From an uncultured Holophaga sp. (GTDB taxonomy: Bacteria > Acidobacteriota > Holophagae > Holophagales > Holophagaceae), in the NCBI GenBank assembly GCA_963664825.1, contig OY761614.1, forward strand, positions 576,001 through 640,000: a stretch of DNA of 64,000 nt, in the 5' to 3' direction. A program made the position numbers and the translations under genes. Below, piece by piece: positions 61,674 to 64,000 of this stretch. How positions within the stretch are numbered: position 1 is the stretch's first letter; every line of letters begins with the position of its first letter. Below the pieces are notes generated by a model. That model did no database searches and was not told the origin of the DNA. It saw only the letters and a list, made by a program, of their open reading frames with translations.

Positions 61674-62153
61674 TCAAGCCTCTTTCGGCTTGTGCACCCA
61701 CAGCGATAATCCCATGAGGATCGCCCCGCACACGATGCAGCTATCGGCGATATTGAAGGTCCAGTAGCGCCACCCGAAGAAGATGAAATCAAGAAAATCC
61801 ACGACTGCGCCATGGTTCAGCCGATCCAGGCCGTTTCCCAACGCCCCTCCCAGGATCAGTCCCAGGGCGAAGCGCTGAAGGCTGGGAGTGCCCGCCTTGA
61901 GGAATTCGAAGCCGAAGTACCCGAGGGCGCCCAGGCCCGCGACGGCGAATAGGATATGCCGAACCCCATCGGGCGCCGTGGACAATACGCCGAAGATGGC
62001 GCCGGAATTGAAGCCCAGGGTCAGATTGAAGAACCCGGAGATGACCGGAAGAATCTCCCCGGGGTGGAGGTGGGCCAGGATCCACTGTTTGCTGGCCCAG
62101 TCCAAAGACAGAGCTAGCGCGGGGACCAGGAGCCAATAGAGGCGATCCTTCAT
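61674..62153 (-). CDS. lspA: Signal peptidase II
   Basis: NSGAIFG, GALGNGLDR, VVDF, FNIAD; ATGA overlap with ileS stop. Confidence 0.95.
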   Translation of the reverse strand: MKDRLYWLLVPALALSLDWASKQWILAHLHPGEILPVISGFFNLTLGFNSGAIFGVLSTAPDGVRHILFAVAGLGALGYFGFEFLKAGTPSLQRFALGLILGGALGNGLDRLNHGAVVDFLDFIFFGWRYWTFNIADSCIVCGAILMGLSLWVHKPKEA

Positions 62154-64000
62154 TGAGCCCTCTCTGCGCTCACGACCGTCCAGCAGCGGGGACAGAGCTC
62201 CAGATCCGTGCCCGCCCCGGCGCCGCCCAGATGGTTCCAGCACCGAGGGCACTTGGTGCCGCCGTGGGTGGCCACCTGGACATCCAGTGCCTCGCCCTCC
62301 ACGATCCTCAGGCCCGATACGACCAGCAGATCCTCGACCGATTCGCCAAGCCTCCTTAGCAGCGCCTGATCAGGTGCCCCGAGGGCGATCGTCACTTCCG
62401 CATCGAGGCTGGTGCCGATGGTCTTGGCCGCCCGATGGGGTTCCATCGCCGCCTGGACGGCCTCCCGGATCTCCCAAAAACGAGCCCAATCGCTGGACAG
62501 AGCCTGTCCAGGGTCCTCGGGAAAGCGCTGTTCGAAGACATGGCCCTCGGAGCAGGGAATGTTCTCCCAAGCTTCGTCGGCAGTGAAGCTGAGCACGGGC
62601 GCCATGAGCACGGCCATCCCCTCAGCCAATCTGCGGCAGACGGTGCGACAGCTGCGACGACGGGAACTGTCCAAGGCATCACAATAAAGGCGGTCCTTGA
62701 TGATCTCGAAGTAGCGGCCCGAAAGCTCCACCTGGCAGAAGGAGAGGATCGCTTGGGTCGCGGTGAGAAAGTCGTAGGAGAGATAAGCCTGGCGCACATC
62801 CTGGGCAAGGCGCAGGAAGGCGTTCCAGGCCCAGCGATCCAGGGGAGTCCAGGTTTCCTCCGGCGCGTTGTCACGAACGGGATCGAAATCCGCGAGGGCG
62901 CCCAGGAGGAACCGCATGGTGTTACGGATCTTCCGGTAGGCGTCCGCATTGCGTTGCAGGATGTCCTTGGAAATGCGGACATCCTCGCTGTAATCCACAC
63001 TGGCTACCCAGAACCGCAAGATATCGGCGCCCAGGGTCTTCATGATCTCGTCGGGGCTGATGACATTATTAAGGGACTTGGACATCTTCTGTCCCTTGCC
63101 ATCCAGCACGAAGCCGTGGGTCACCACGGTATCGTAGGGTTTATCGCCACTGGCGGCCAGATTGAAGAGCAGGCTGGAGTGGAACCAACCGCGGTGCTGG
63201 TCGGAGCCCTCCAGATAGATGAAGTGCCCGTAGTCCTCGGGACTCAGTTCGGGACTGGTGCGGCACACCACCGTGGCGGAAACACCCGAGTCGATCCACA
63301 CATCCAGGATATCGGTTTCCTTCTGGAAATGCTCGGAACCACAGGCGGCACAGACCGCGCCCGCAGGCTTCAATTGTTCCAGGGGAAGTTCCGACCAGGC
63401 CTCGATGCCCGCCGATTCGATGGCCACGGCGGCCTTCTCGAAGACATCGGCGCACACCAAGGGCTCGCCGCATTCGGTGCAGCGCAGCACGGTGATGGGG
63501 GTTCCCCAACTGCGCTGGCGGGAAATGCACCAGTCGGGGCGGCCACTGATCATCGCGTGGATGCGGTTGCGACCCTGGGCCGGCACCCAGGTGGTGGAAT
63601 CCACGCCCTCGAGCCCCAGTTCCCGCAGGCTCTTGCCCTTGCCCTTGAGATCGTCATCCATGGTGATAAACCACTGCTCTGTCGCGCGGAAGAAGATGGG
63701 CGTCTTGGTGCGCCAGCAGTGGGGATAGCTGTGCAACAGTTTTTCCTCGTGCAGCAGCGCGCCCATGGCCCGGAGTTTTTCCACCACGATCGGGTTGGTA
63801 TCGAAGATGTTCTTGCCTTCCAGATCAGGGTCATTCACCGCCGGAACGAAGCGGCCATCGGGGCCCACGAGCTGGAGAAGGCCGAGATGATGGGCGAGGT
63901 TGAAGTCATCGACGCCATGATCCGGCGCCGTATGCACGAGACCTGTGCCGGTGTCGGCGGTGACGTAATCCGCGAGCAGCACAGGCGAGGGCCTATCAAT
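62150..64000 (-). CDS. ileS: Isoleucine--tRNA ligase, 3' part (gene starts beyond window)
   Basis: GTGLVHTAP, YPHCWR, DWCISRQRSWG, EGSDQHRGWF, KMSKS, C-terminal CPRCW zinc finger. Confidence 0.98.
   Translation of the reverse strand: MDRPSPVLLADYVTADTGTGLVHTAPDHGVDDFNLAHHLGLLQLVGPDGRFVPAVNDPDLEGKNIFDTNPIVVEKLRAMGALLHEEKLLHSYPHCWRTKTPIFFRATEQWFITMDDDLKGKGKSLRELGLEGVDSTTWVPAQGRNRIHAMISGRPDWCISRQRSWGTPITVLRCTECGEPLVCADVFEKAAVAIESAGIEAWSELPLEQLKPAGAVCAACGSEHFQKETDILDVWIDSGVSATVVCRTSPELSPEDYGHFIYLEGSDQHRGWFHSSLLFNLAASGDKPYDTVVTHGFVLDGKGQKMSKSLNNVISPDEIMKTLGADILRFWVASVDYSEDVRISKDILQRNADAYRKIRNTMRFLLGALADFDPVRDNAPEETWTPLDRWAWNAFLRLAQDVRQAYLSYDFLTATQAILSFCQVELSGRYFEIIKDRLYCDALDSSRRRSCRTVCRRLAEGMAVLMAPVLSFTADEAWENIPCSEGHVFEQRFPEDPGQALSSDWARFWEIREAVQAAMEPHRAAKTIGTSLDAEVTIALGAPDQALLRRLGESVEDLLVVSGLRIVEGEALDVQVATHGGTKCPRCWNHLGGAGAGTDLELCPRCWTVVSAERAQ

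Overview
High-GC bacterial chromosome segment. The gene content suggests Acidobacteriota, probably Holophagaceae (Geothrix/Holophaga-like); this is inference only. The housekeeping backbone is argS 3' end, pyrG, tkt, a fused E1 alpha/beta 2-oxoacid dehydrogenase, valS, ftsX, trxA, waaA, glgC/glgA, sbcD/sbcC, a DAHP synthase, fabH, lspA and ileS 3' part, interspersed with accessory genes. I found no tRNA, rRNA, CRISPR array, integrase or transposase. Main observations: (1) a 15.1-22.4 kb module with two Amt ammonium transporters, a porin and an N-terminally truncated KdpD plus KdpE, with no adjacent kdpFABC or glnK, and two matching KdpE-type TTTAY repeat arrays upstream of amt1 and the porin; (2) a MIRU-like tandem hairpin element inserted at the sbcD/sbcC GTGA stop-start overlap that keeps translational coupling through a mini-ORF; (3) an in-frame palindromic insert of about 90 bp inside valS; (4) an 87-bp diverged copy of an internal pyrG segment about 3 kb downstream of its source; (5) a beta-hydroxyacid-dehydrogenase/LytTR fusion; (6) a duplicated ECF-type promoter motif around an ECF sigma/anti-sigma pair.
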